Origin: an uncultured bacterium
GTDB lineage: Bacteria > Acidobacteriota > Thermoanaerobaculia > Multivoradales > JAHZIX01
Assembly (NCBI GenBank): GCA_965368975.1
Contig: CBDUPA010000001.1
Span: forward strand, 736,001 to 800,000
Direction: 5' to 3'
DNA length: 64,000 nt
The notes below the pieces were generated by a model, which was not told where the DNA came from, searched no databases, and saw only the letters and a program-made list of their open reading frames with translations. Positions within the stretch are counted from its first letter, which is position 1. Each line of letters starts with the position of its first letter. Positions 29,137 to 38,933 of this stretch are shown here, piece by piece. The translations under genes were made by a program, and so were the position numbers.

Positions 29137-29645
29137 CGGAAGAGCGAGGTGCAGCTCTCGGACTGCAACAAGCTGCTGTCGACCACCGTCAGGCGAGTTG
29201 GGTTGGCCGCCGTTGGCTGGCACTGCCCGTTCTTGTCGCAGGTAGCCAACTGGTACCAGATGCCGCTCTCGCAGGACTTCTCGTCGTCGGTCTGGTGACA
29301 GCTGTTTTCTGTGTCCTGGCAGCAGCCCAGAGCAGTCTCATCGTCCTTGGGGCGATCAATCGCGATGGCTGCTACGGTCGGCTGTACCGGTTGGGCGGGT
29401 TGTTCCCACGGCTTGACCTGGGTCGGGTTCTCGCTGCTCGCCTGGCACTTGCCGTCGGCGCAGAAGCCAGTCTCGGCGAAGTAGTAGCGGTCATCGCCCG
29501 CTTCTTTCTTGCATTCGTCCTCGGTATCGACGCGCGTACAGCTGCCGCCGGTCTCGCAGCAGCCGGCTTGCGCGTGCGCGACGGCGGGGATCAGGAGTAC
29601 AGCGGCGGTCGCCAGCAAGAGCACGAATAGAATGTGAGTCTTCAT
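29133..29645 (-). CDS. Secreted Cys-rich protein with two internal repeats
   Basis: Signal peptide ending AHA; two six-Cys units GCC..SC...C...C..G.CQ....NPT; RBS GAGGAG. Confidence 0.75.
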   Translation of the reverse strand: MKTHILFVLLLATAAVLLIPAVAHAQAGCCETGGSCTRVDTEDECKKEAGDDRYYFAETGFCADGKCQASSENPTQVKPWEQPAQPVQPTVAAIAIDRPKDDETALGCCQDTENSCHQTDDEKSCESGIWYQLATCDKNGQCQPTAANPTRLTVVDSSLLQSESCTSLFR

Positions 29646-29767
29646 CAGGTTCTCCTCTCGAATCGATCAGCAGACGCCCGCTGACGTCAGCAGGCACGAA
29701 ACGCTAGATATTTGCCGTTGCAGTCTAGCACTTGCCTGCCGATCGAGCTCGGCCCTGCCCAGGAGCT

Positions 29768-32230
29768 TCAGTTGGTACTGTCGCTGGCAATACCGGGGAG
29801 TTTGGCGCTGTCGTCCGGCCGAGGAAGCACCGCGAGCTGTCTCTGCAATTGCCTGACACGGGCTGCATCGCCTAGCTGCGCGTGTTGATCTATCAAGAGT
29901 TCCAGGGTGAGGCGGACCTCTGGGTGATTGGCTGCAACATGCGCCTGGAAGAGTTGCAGGGCTTTCTGATTCAGCTCAGTCGCTTCCCGTAACTCACCCT
30001 GGGCGGCTGCGGTCTGCGCGAGTAGACGCAGTGTGGAAACCAGGTGGAAGTTGTCGGCACCGAGTGCGTGGCGCTTGATCGCGAGGGCTTCTTCCAGCGG
30101 CTCGCGAGCGTCAGCCCAGCGTTCCATACTGGTGTAGAGAGCTCCCAGATTATTCAGGCAGAGGCCAAGGATGGGGTGGTGTGACCCGTATCTCGTCCGC
30201 AAGATCTCGATGGCGCGCAGATACGCGGCTTCCGACTCATCGTGGCGTTCTTGCTGCTGGCGCAAGTGGCCGAGCTGTGCAAGTGTGGCGGCGACATCGT
30301 GATCGTCCGTATTGTCCAGCTGTTCGAAGAGCTGTAGGACCTCGAGCAACTCTTGGGCTGCTGTGTCGAACTGACCTTGTGCCCGGTATACGTTGGCCAG
30401 ATTTCGGCGGATCCGGAGGAGATGCCTTTCATCCCGTGGTTCCAGCAGCAGGAAGGTAGCCTTGGTTTGCTCCAGCATGTCTTTGCCCAGATCGAGTTCT
30501 TGGATCTGTACATAGAAGGATCCCAGCTGAAACTGCGACTCGCCGAGGTCCGGATCCCCTGGCGGGAGATGTTCTTGGTGCAGGGCCGCAGCGTGTTCGA
30601 GGTGGGAGCGGGCGGCCACGAACCTCCCCTGACGGTGCAGGGCACTGCCGAGCATACCCAAGCTGTTGCCGAGGTTTCTGAAATCTATAGGCTCACTGGC
30701 TGCGTACAGGTCGGCTGACTCACGCAGCAGGTTGGCAGCCGTGTCGCTGGCCCCGCTGTTCAAGTAGGCCCGCCCCATGGTCTTGAGCAACGTGGCGCGC
30801 AGTGCCGGTGTCTGCTGGAATCGACTCCGCAGACTGACGGTACCCCGGTCGAGCACCTGGCGCAGGAGGACGGGACCTTCGAGTCCGTGTTCGGACTGCA
30901 CGTCGCCCAGGGTGTCGAGCAGAAGGTCGCGAACCTCACGTGCTTCGGCCAGAGCCTGGCGGGCGTCGAGTGCTGCTCGACGGGCCCGATCTGCCTCGAT
31001 GGTGCGCGCGACGATGCCGCCGACGAGTGCTGTCAGAAGTAGCAGCGCCGCCGCGGCGGCTGCGCGATGGCGGCGCAGGAACTTGGCCAGGCGGTAGGAG
31101 GTCTTGGCAGGAACTGCTTGAACGGGATGGCCGCTCAGGTATCGTTGAAGATCCGCGGCCAGGTCGGCAGCGGAGCTGTAGCGGTGCTGGCGTTCCAAGA
31201 CGGTAGCCTTGAGAAAGACTGTGTCCAGGTCACCACGCAGACGGCGGTAGTGTTGCTGGGGTGTCGTTTTCAGAGTCCGTGCCAGTTCAGTCTGATCATG
31301 ACGAGGCAGGGCCTTCCAACGATGACTGGGGCAGGGAAGCGGTTGCGTCTTGAGTCGTTCCACCAACCCGAGTAGATCGAGCTTGTGGGAAGCCAGAGGC
31401 AGTGAACCAACCAGCAACAGGAACAAGAGAATCCCCAGGGCGTAAACGTCCGAGCGGATGTCTTGCTCCAGGGTACCGTCGTCGGCGAAGGACAAGCTTT
31501 CAGGGCTCAGGAATGCAGGGGTACCCACGACTCCGTTGCGGGTCAGGCGAGTCTCTTCTCCCCTGAGATCATGAGCGATACCGAAGTCGATGATCTTGAC
31601 GGACGGCTGGCCGTCCTGCTCCGTGACAAGGATGTTCGAGGGCTTGAGATCACGGTGCAGGATGCCCTTTTGATGCGCGTGATGGACGCCGGCGCAGACT
31701 TGCTGAAATAGCTCGAGTCGATCTCGAAGTCCCAGGTGGCGATCGCTGCAAAAGCTGTCCAACGGCTTGCCCTCGATCCGCTCCATGACGAAGTAGGGCC
31801 GGCCATCTGGCAGATCTCCGGCTTCGAAGACCTTGGCAATGTTGGGATGATCCAGTCGAGCCAGCGCGCGCCGCTCGAACTCGAAACGGTGTCGCAAGAC
31901 GCTGGCCCGGGCACGGGGCAAGATGATCTTGATCGCGACTTGGCGGCGGATGGGGGCCTCTTGCTCGGCGAGCATCACCATTCCCATGCCGCCTCGGCCC
32001 AAGACTTCGAGCAAGCGATAGGGACCGATCTCCGCGGGCAGACCGAGGCGTTCCGGGACCTGAGGTTCCAGGCGTGGTTGCTCTGGGTTTGTCCGCTCCG
32101 GTTCCGGGGCTTTCGGCGAACGTGGCTCGGCGCCGAGCTGTGGAGAGCCGTGGGCTAGCAGCCGAGTCGACCCCGGTCCTTGCAGCTTGGTGGTTTCGTC
32201 TGGTTTCAGCTCAGATCCTGCCATGGACAC
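29768..32230 (-). CDS. Ser/Thr kinase with TM helix and TPR repeats
   Basis: GRGGMG, AIK, HRDLKPSN, DFG, TM segment, TPR repeats (CLNNLGALY). Confidence 0.92.
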   Translation of the reverse strand: MSMAGSELKPDETTKLQGPGSTRLLAHGSPQLGAEPRSPKAPEPERTNPEQPRLEPQVPERLGLPAEIGPYRLLEVLGRGGMGMVMLAEQEAPIRRQVAIKIILPRARASVLRHRFEFERRALARLDHPNIAKVFEAGDLPDGRPYFVMERIEGKPLDSFCSDRHLGLRDRLELFQQVCAGVHHAHQKGILHRDLKPSNILVTEQDGQPSVKIIDFGIAHDLRGEETRLTRNGVVGTPAFLSPESLSFADDGTLEQDIRSDVYALGILLFLLLVGSLPLASHKLDLLGLVERLKTQPLPCPSHRWKALPRHDQTELARTLKTTPQQHYRRLRGDLDTVFLKATVLERQHRYSSAADLAADLQRYLSGHPVQAVPAKTSYRLAKFLRRHRAAAAAALLLLTALVGGIVARTIEADRARRAALDARQALAEAREVRDLLLDTLGDVQSEHGLEGPVLLRQVLDRGTVSLRSRFQQTPALRATLLKTMGRAYLNSGASDTAANLLRESADLYAASEPIDFRNLGNSLGMLGSALHRQGRFVAARSHLEHAAALHQEHLPPGDPDLGESQFQLGSFYVQIQELDLGKDMLEQTKATFLLLEPRDERHLLRIRRNLANVYRAQGQFDTAAQELLEVLQLFEQLDNTDDHDVAATLAQLGHLRQQQERHDESEAAYLRAIEILRTRYGSHHPILGLCLNNLGALYTSMERWADAREPLEEALAIKRHALGADNFHLVSTLRLLAQTAAAQGELREATELNQKALQLFQAHVAANHPEVRLTLELLIDQHAQLGDAARVRQLQRQLAVLPRPDDSAKLPGIASDSTN

Positions 32231-32444
32231 CTGCTTGGTCGCGACTTTCGCTTCATCTCCGCTCTCGGATCCCGTCTACGAGGCCCTTCGCGGGGTGATG
32301 AGCTGTTGGAATTCGAGTAAATAATCTATCAGAGAAGAAATGAGTTGCACGTGCTGAGCATAGAAGCCCGAAGCGCGTGGCGGGTTCCGGCTTCCCGGAA
32401 CCAAACCGTCTCGTCGATGGAGGCCAAGGTCGAGCCGCCCGCTC

Positions 32445-34022
32445 TCAGGGTGTTGCCGTGGTCTGCGCATCTGACCGGACGATCTCGTCTCCTTGCAGGG
32501 CTTTGGCTCGCTCGAGATCGCCCCGGATCTGCTGCAGCAGTTCCTGATCGGCATCGGCGGTGTGGTCGTAGCTATGTAGGGTCTCTTGCAGCAACTCGAC
32601 GGCCTGCTCGCGCATGCCGAGATTGGTATAGGCGGTCCCCATCGTATGGAGCAGGCGGGCTCGGGCCTCCGCGTTGTCGGCGAAGCGCTCCCGGATGCGG
32701 TCCGTGCCGCGGTCGAGGACCTGGCGCAGGGTGACTTCCGCCGCCTCCGAGCGAGCGGGCTGGGCGTTCTCGAACAGGTCGAGCAGGAAGTCGGTGACTT
32801 CCTGGGCCTCGGTGCGGGCTTGGCGAGCCGCTTCCGCCTGCCGGTTGGCTCGCTGGGTCTCGATCTGGCGCGCCACGATGCTGCCAGTCAGGACCACGAG
32901 CAGGAGGACCGCGGTCGCCACCAGGGTGCGGTGGCGGCGCGTGAACTTGGAGAGTAGATACCAGCGGCTCGGCGCGGTCGCCAACACGGGTTCGTTGGCG
33001 AGGTAGCGACGCAGGTCGTCCGCCAGTTCCGCCGCTGAGCCGTAACGTCGATGGCGCTCGCGGTGTAGAGCCTTGAGGATGATGTGATCGAGATCTCCCT
33101 CCAGCTGCTTCTGGAGCTGACGCAGGTTCGTGGCCCGCGCCACCGCGTGCGCTTCCTGAGTCGTGGAATCGAGCTCGGTCAGCCGGCGACTCGGGCTGGG
33201 CGGATCCTCCTCTTGCAGCCGCTGCAGCAACTCCAAGGTCGATCCCGACTCCGGATCGAAGGGCATGGCGCCGGTGAGCAGCAGGTAGAGCAGAACACCC
33301 AGCGAGTAGACGTCGGAGCGGATGTCGACATCGCCTGGGTCCTTGCCGCCGGCCGGCGTCGCTCCGGTCATGCCGCGGGACAGGGAGCTGTAGCGTTCGG
33401 GCGAGACGAAGGCGGGCGTCCCGACCGGCAGCTCACGGGTCAGCCGGGTCATGTCGTCGAGCCCACTACTGAAATTACCCTCCAGGTCCTTGGCGATGCC
33501 GAAGTCGATCACCTTGACGCGCGCCCGCGGACCGGCGTCAGCCTCGTCGACATCGACAACCAGCAGGTTGGATGGTTTGATGTCGCGATGCAGCACACCC
33601 TTTTGGTGGGCGTGATGGATGCCGGCGCAGACGTCGAGGAAGAGTCCGATTCGGGCTTTGGTGTCCAGTCGCTGGCGGTCGCAGTACTCGTCCAGTCCGA
33701 CCCCGGGCACATGCTCCATGACGAAGTAGGGTCTGCCGTCCGGCAGGTCGCCCGCCTCGAAGACCTGGGCGATGTTGGGATGATTCATGCGCGCCAGTGC
33801 TCGGCGCTCGAGTTCGAATCGATGAAGGAGCGTGTCGGGATCCGCGAGCTGGTGCGTCACCTTGACGGCGACCTGTCGCGCGATCGGCTCTGTCTGTTCC
33901 GCCAGGAAGACGGTGCCCATCCCCCCTTCGCCGAGGACTCGCAACAAGCGGTAAGGGCCGATTTCCTTCGGAATACCAAAAGGGAGCCGAGCTTCCTCGA
34001 GAGGGAGTGTTGTTTGGGGCAC
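32445..34022 (-). CDS. Ser/Thr kinase with TM helix and short TPR tail
   Basis: GEGGMG, HRDIKPSN, DFG, GTPAFVSPE, TM, about one TPR; GTG start after GGAGG. Confidence 0.92.
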   Translation of the reverse strand: MPQTTLPLEEARLPFGIPKEIGPYRLLRVLGEGGMGTVFLAEQTEPIARQVAVKVTHQLADPDTLLHRFELERRALARMNHPNIAQVFEAGDLPDGRPYFVMEHVPGVGLDEYCDRQRLDTKARIGLFLDVCAGIHHAHQKGVLHRDIKPSNLLVVDVDEADAGPRARVKVIDFGIAKDLEGNFSSGLDDMTRLTRELPVGTPAFVSPERYSSLSRGMTGATPAGGKDPGDVDIRSDVYSLGVLLYLLLTGAMPFDPESGSTLELLQRLQEEDPPSPSRRLTELDSTTQEAHAVARATNLRQLQKQLEGDLDHIILKALHRERHRRYGSAAELADDLRRYLANEPVLATAPSRWYLLSKFTRRHRTLVATAVLLLVVLTGSIVARQIETQRANRQAEAARQARTEAQEVTDFLLDLFENAQPARSEAAEVTLRQVLDRGTDRIRERFADNAEARARLLHTMGTAYTNLGMREQAVELLQETLHSYDHTADADQELLQQIRGDLERAKALQGDEIVRSDAQTTATP

Positions 34023-34158
34023 GGGTACGCGGTACCTCCACTAGCAGTCGGCGGACTGGTTCAACCTTGCCGAAGTCGAGTATGGGGCACGAACGAGAGC
34101 GTGGCCAAGAAAGGTCAGGGGCTCGACGTCGCGTGCTTGCGAGAGGATTCGAAATGGA

Positions 34159-35346
34159 TCAGGGACTGGATGTCAAAGACAGGAGTTCTGTAAACAGCTG
34201 GCGATACACTTCGTGCCCGCGACGGCCGAAAGCGTCAAAGTATCCGGTGTACCACTGGCTCAGCGACGCGCCCGCCGCCTCGCTTGCCCGCACGTCCTCG
34301 GCCTCTTCGACACCGCCGGTACGCACGATGTGGAACTCCCGCTCGGAGTTGCCGCGCTCCGGCTTGCGCCTGTCCAGGTGAGCCCGCGCGGCACGCACCA
34401 GCGCTAGCGACTTCTCGCGCAATGGCCGGCCGCTGACACCGCCGCCGAAGTGACTCGAGAAATAGTCGAGCAGACGCTGCTCTGCGGGATTGGCGAGTGC
34501 CGGACGCAGGGCGTCATAGTCAGTCGAGGTGTTGCCGAAGTTGACGCCGTCGAAGCCAAGGTCGAGGAGCAGGTCGAGCAGTGCCGGTACCTGGCGCGGA
34601 TCGGTGTCGGTCGAGAACTTGACGATCACCGGCAACGGCGTGCCGCGGTGACGCAGAAAGCGTTCGGCCAGGGTGTCGAGACGCCGCCGCAGGTCCGCGT
34701 CCAGGACGTCCTCGGAGTCTTCGACTTGCGGCAGCTCCTCGGTGTTGGGGCAGCTCTCGTTCAGCTCCAGGAAGTCGACGCCGGCGTCGCGGTAGCGCTC
34801 CAGGCCCTCGATCAACGCGTCGAGCCGTGTGGCTTCCTCTTCAATGTCCGTCGTGGCACTGACGCTGGCGCCGATCGGGCAGCCGTCGACGCGCTCGAGT
34901 CGAGCCAGCCGTGCCGCGACGGTGGCATGCCCGTCGTTCGGCAGGCCGAGCCAGTTCGATGCCGCGCCGGAGGCGGGGTAGGGGGCGAAGGGCTGCGCGA
35001 TGCCGTGGCGCCGGTTGCCCGGGCGTGAGAGTTCCGTCGAGGTGCCCGCCAGGTACCAGCCGGCACCTTGGGCAGCGCACAGCTCGTAGCCCTCCCCGTT
35101 CTTGAACATGCCGGCGGCGTTGCCCAGGGGGGCGCGAAAGCGCAGGCCCCACAGCGTGCGGCTGAGCGATGCGGCTGGCGCGTAAGGAGTCGGTGGTGCT
35201 GCGACCAACCATTGCAGGAAGCGCTGGCGTCCGCGTGAATAGAGACGGACCGCGACGCGCGGTGGCATGCGGACCAGCCAGGGTCGTAGGCGGTCGTCGA
35301 GGCGGGCGAGCAGGGGAGCGGTGTAGGTTGAGACCAAGAATGTCAT
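34159..35346 (-). CDS. pyrD: Dihydroorotate dehydrogenase-like FMN enzyme
   Basis: LWGLRFRAPLGNAAGMFKNG, RPGN, LGLPNDG, ELNESCPNT, GNT, GGVSGRPL, TGGV, QWYTG; start position uncertain. Confidence 0.72.
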   Translation of the reverse strand: MTFLVSTYTAPLLARLDDRLRPWLVRMPPRVAVRLYSRGRQRFLQWLVAAPPTPYAPAASLSRTLWGLRFRAPLGNAAGMFKNGEGYELCAAQGAGWYLAGTSTELSRPGNRRHGIAQPFAPYPASGAASNWLGLPNDGHATVAARLARLERVDGCPIGASVSATTDIEEEATRLDALIEGLERYRDAGVDFLELNESCPNTEELPQVEDSEDVLDADLRRRLDTLAERFLRHRGTPLPVIVKFSTDTDPRQVPALLDLLLDLGFDGVNFGNTSTDYDALRPALANPAEQRLLDYFSSHFGGGVSGRPLREKSLALVRAARAHLDRRKPERGNSEREFHIVRTGGVEEAEDVRASEAAGASLSQWYTGYFDAFGRRGHEVYRQLFTELLSLTSSP

Positions 35347-35571
35347 CTCCGGTATGGCCAGCGTGCGGCATTTCCGTGGCGCAAGGTATGTTAGCCCACT
35401 CGTGGCTACTCGACGCCGCCTCTCGCAGGCGGGCTTCTCGATGGAGAGCCCCTCCACGCAGCAGAGCCCTGCCGGGGCGCAACCGGTGCGGCGTGGCGAC
35501 GTATTCTTCTGTACGACTCGAAGGCGCCTATACCAACTCAAGGAGCCGACACCAACTCGAAGGAGACCGGT

Positions 35572-37413
35572 ATGCGTACCCTATTTCTCGTCTCGACCCT
35601 CTGTTTGACGGTTCTCATCCTGCTGGTCCTTGGCCTGACCGCGTGCGTCGACTCGAACTCGTCCACGTCGGAGACCGCCGATGCGGCCGCCACCGTGGCC
35701 CCTGAAGATGGCGTCACCATGAACGAAGTGGTTGGCGCCTTCCAGGGCGGAGACGTGGCGGAAGCCGTGCGCCTACTCGAGATCATGGTGGTCGAACAGC
35801 CCGAGAACGCTCGGGCCTGGAGCGTGCTGGGACAAGCGCGCGGCACGTTGGCGGGGCAGGGGCCCGAGGCCGATGATGCCTTGTTGCAGGCCGCGGTCGA
35901 CGCGTATACTCGGGCGCTGGAGTTGGACCCGACGCAGCGCGGCGCGGCCCTCGGTCTGGCTGGCCTGGCGGCGCGGCGCGGCGACACTGAGCAAGCGTTG
36001 GCGCGTCTCGAAGAGCTGGCCGCAGCCGGCGACGTCGACCTCAGCCAGGTCGAGCTCAATCCCAACTTTGCCGCCTTGGTGGGCGATCCGCGTTTCCAGG
36101 CCTTGCCACCAACCGCCGAGGATTTCGACGGACCCGCTTTCGTCGAGCCGGTGCGCGTTCTGCACGAGTGGCGCGGTGAGGCGCAGGGTGACACCTTCGG
36201 CTGGATCGCGCGCCGCCTGGGCGACGGCAGCGCCGGTGACGTCGATGGCGATGGCGTCGCCGACCTGACCACCTCGGCACCCAACAAGCAGCTGCACGAC
36301 GAGCAGCTGGAAGACCTGCCCAATGCCGGTCGCGTCTATGTTTATTCGGGCAAGACGGGGGATCTGCTCTGGACGCGGGATGGTACCACCGCGGGAGCCT
36401 TGCTCGGACAAGGTATCGAGACCGCCGGTGACGTCAATGGCGACGGTCGGTCCGACGTGCTCGCTGCTGCCCCGGGTGCCAACGTCGCCTATGTCTTCGA
36501 TGGTCGGGATGGTTCGACGCTGCTCGAAATCCAGGGCCACGACGGAGAGCAGTTCGGCCGTCACGTGCACGGGGTCGGTGACGTCGACGGTGATGGTCAC
36601 AGTGACCTGCTGATCGGCGCGCCGCGCTTCGATCCCAGCGAGACACTGCAAGACGCCGGCCGCGCTGCTCTCTTCTCGGGCAAGGACGGTTCGCTGCTAC
36701 GTCAGTGGCTGGGGCAAGAAGCCGGCGACCGGCTCGGCGAAGCGGTCGCAGGCAGCATGGTAGGCAGCGAGAATGGGAGACACCCGGTCTTCATTTTGGG
36801 CGCACCGGATGCCGGTGAAGGCGACCGCGGCCGCGTCTACGTCTACACCGAGCTCGCGGCCCAGGACGGCAGCAGCGAGACCGTGGGCGAGGGGGCCAAC
36901 TTCATCATCGACTCGGACGAGCAAGGCGCCGAGCTGGGCGGCATGTTCCTGAGCGTGATCGGCGATCTCGACGCCGACGGCGTGGACGACGTCTACGCGT
37001 CCGACTGGGCCCACGGTGCTCTCGGGCCACAAACCGGTCGCATCGTGGTGCATTCCGGGGCCACGGGGGAGCAGCTCCTCGAGCTGACCGGTGAAGCCTC
37101 GGGCAACGGCTTCGGCATCGGTCCCGCCGACGCCGGCGACGCCGACGGTGACGGTCACGACGACCTGCTCGTCGGTGCCTGGCAGCACGCCAGTGCCGCA
37201 CCGGCCGGCGGCAAGGCTTATCTCTACTCCGGCAGGGACGGCTCGCTGCTACGCACCTGGACCTGCCAGGTGATGGGCGACACCTTCGGCTTCGACGCTA
37301 CGCGCCTGGATGATGTCGACGGCGACGGCAAGATGGACTACTTGCTGACCTCCGCCTGGAGCGCCGTCAACGGTCCTCGTGCGGGACGCATGTTCGTGCT
37401 CGCGGGAGAGTAG
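35572..37413 (+). CDS. Lipoprotein with TPR and FG-GAP (integrin-alpha-like) propeller
   Basis: Lipobox LTAC; TPR-like helices; repeated GDVDGDG..DLL.GAP and GRVYVYSG. Confidence 0.85.
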   Translation: MRTLFLVSTLCLTVLILLVLGLTACVDSNSSTSETADAAATVAPEDGVTMNEVVGAFQGGDVAEAVRLLEIMVVEQPENARAWSVLGQARGTLAGQGPEADDALLQAAVDAYTRALELDPTQRGAALGLAGLAARRGDTEQALARLEELAAAGDVDLSQVELNPNFAALVGDPRFQALPPTAEDFDGPAFVEPVRVLHEWRGEAQGDTFGWIARRLGDGSAGDVDGDGVADLTTSAPNKQLHDEQLEDLPNAGRVYVYSGKTGDLLWTRDGTTAGALLGQGIETAGDVNGDGRSDVLAAAPGANVAYVFDGRDGSTLLEIQGHDGEQFGRHVHGVGDVDGDGHSDLLIGAPRFDPSETLQDAGRAALFSGKDGSLLRQWLGQEAGDRLGEAVAGSMVGSENGRHPVFILGAPDAGEGDRGRVYVYTELAAQDGSSETVGEGANFIIDSDEQGAELGGMFLSVIGDLDADGVDDVYASDWAHGALGPQTGRIVVHSGATGEQLLELTGEASGNGFGIGPADAGDADGDGHDDLLVGAWQHASAAPAGGKAYLYSGRDGSLLRTWTCQVMGDTFGFDATRLDDVDGDGKMDYLLTSAWSAVNGPRAGRMFVLAGE

Positions 37414-37422
37414 ACGCCCTTC

Positions 37423-37483
37423 CCTTTGCTGTAGAAGATCTGCGATGATCTGAGAAATCTTCGTAGAAAACCTGCAGCAAAGG
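37423..37483 (+). promoter_or_regulatory. Inverted repeat able to sequester the RBS of the heptose operon's first gene
   Basis: CCTTTGCTGTAG (37423-37434) pairs with CTGCAGCAAAGG (37472-37483), 12 bp with one G-U; covers most of the AAGGA RBS. Confidence 0.4.
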
Positions 37484-37490
37484 AACTTCG

Positions 37491-38933
37491 ATGCAGCTAG
37501 CGGACAGGCAGCGCCCCGTGCGTTCTGTGGCGATTACCGCCAGCCATGAGCTGTTCAGCTCGGCCGAGGCGGCGCTGGACGAGGCCGTGCGCTTGCGCCT
37601 GGAGCGTCGCATCGAGATGCGGCGGCAGGCGCAAGAGAGTCCGACGTGGAGCCCGTACGCGGTCGAGAACACGCGGCTGGTGCGCTCGATCGAGGGTGGA
37701 GTCGACGATCTGAAATTCCTCTATCCGGTGCTCGACAACTTGCCGCTGCTGGTCTTTCCCTTACTTCACTATGCAGCCACCGGAGCGCGCCTGTGTTTTT
37801 ACGGCTCACCGGAGGCCTGCCGGGTGGTGGAGGTGGTCCGCGCCTACCTGCTCGAGATCGGCTGGTTGCGCGCCGCCGACGAGCTCTTGACGGTGGAGGA
37901 GGACCGCGAGCGGATTTCCTTCTTCCATTCCTTCCTGCGCAGTACCGACCCTTTCGCTGCGGGGCCGGACGACGGCATCCTGTGGACGGCCGCGGATCTG
38001 GTGCTGGCCTACGACGTGTGGCCCTGGCTGCTCGATCGCAGCATCGAAGAACACCACCTGCTGATCAACATGATCGCGCGCGACCGGATTTTCCCCGAGG
38101 GTGAGACGGAGTTCTTGCGACTCAACTACTTCGACCGCCTGTGCCCGGCCGGCCAGGAGCATGCCCTGGCGGTCAAGCAGCCGGACGTGATCGTCTTCAC
38201 TGGAGAGGGACGGCGAGGCCTGGAGCGGTTGAATCGCATCCGCGGGCAGTCGGAGGGAGCGCTGCTCGGCATCTTCCTGCGCGCCACTTGGCGTGGACTG
38301 CTCAGCCCCAAGGCGCTGTCGGTGCTCAAGGCGGTGCAGTACGGCATCCGGCGCAAACGCTACACGCTGCGCGACGGCGAGGGCCTGTCGCAGCGAGACG
38401 CCAGCCGCTTCGCGTCGGTGTTCTTCGGCGTGCCGACGCACGTCAAGACGGAGATCGCCGACCCCTTCATCCTCAAGGACGGCGACGGCTTCGAGGACGT
38501 CTTCGGCTACTACCGAGCGCTGTTGCAGCGCGTGGTCGACGCGGCGCCGTCGAAGGAAGCGGGCTATGCCCAGCTGGCCGAAGTGCACCCGTATGCCGAG
38601 CAGTTGTGGCAGCTGTCGCAGCGGTTACAGCCGCTGTGGGAAGAACTGCCCCTGTGGCGCCGCTGGCCGGAGTTCATCAACGACAAGATCGCGACCTACA
38701 ACCAGCGCCTGCAGCGTGAGTTCGAGGCCGCGGGTGTCGACGACGACCAGCCGCCCCTGCCGAGCTATTTCGCCGCCGACGGCAGCTTCCGACCGCAGCC
38801 GTCGCTGCCGCATGCCGATGTCGACGGCAGCCTCGACTACCTGCGACGCGTCTATCGGCCGCGGTTCGAGCAGGGGCGCCAGCGCTACAACCACGAGCTC
38901 GGTAACCACGAGCGAGGAGTGGCCTCATCTTGA
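37491..38933 (+). CDS. Hypothetical protein, probably a divergent MobA-like nucleotidyltransferase
   Basis: KFLYPV...PLL, AADL and DPFILKDGDGFED loosely match NTP-transferase motifs; first gene of a coupled operon. Confidence 0.5.
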   Translation: MQLADRQRPVRSVAITASHELFSSAEAALDEAVRLRLERRIEMRRQAQESPTWSPYAVENTRLVRSIEGGVDDLKFLYPVLDNLPLLVFPLLHYAATGARLCFYGSPEACRVVEVVRAYLLEIGWLRAADELLTVEEDRERISFFHSFLRSTDPFAAGPDDGILWTAADLVLAYDVWPWLLDRSIEEHHLLINMIARDRIFPEGETEFLRLNYFDRLCPAGQEHALAVKQPDVIVFTGEGRRGLERLNRIRGQSEGALLGIFLRATWRGLLSPKALSVLKAVQYGIRRKRYTLRDGEGLSQRDASRFASVFFGVPTHVKTEIADPFILKDGDGFEDVFGYYRALLQRVVDAAPSKEAGYAQLAEVHPYAEQLWQLSQRLQPLWEELPLWRRWPEFINDKIATYNQRLQREFEAAGVDDDQPPLPSYFAADGSFRPQPSLPHADVDGSLDYLRRVYRPRFEQGRQRYNHELGNHERGVASS

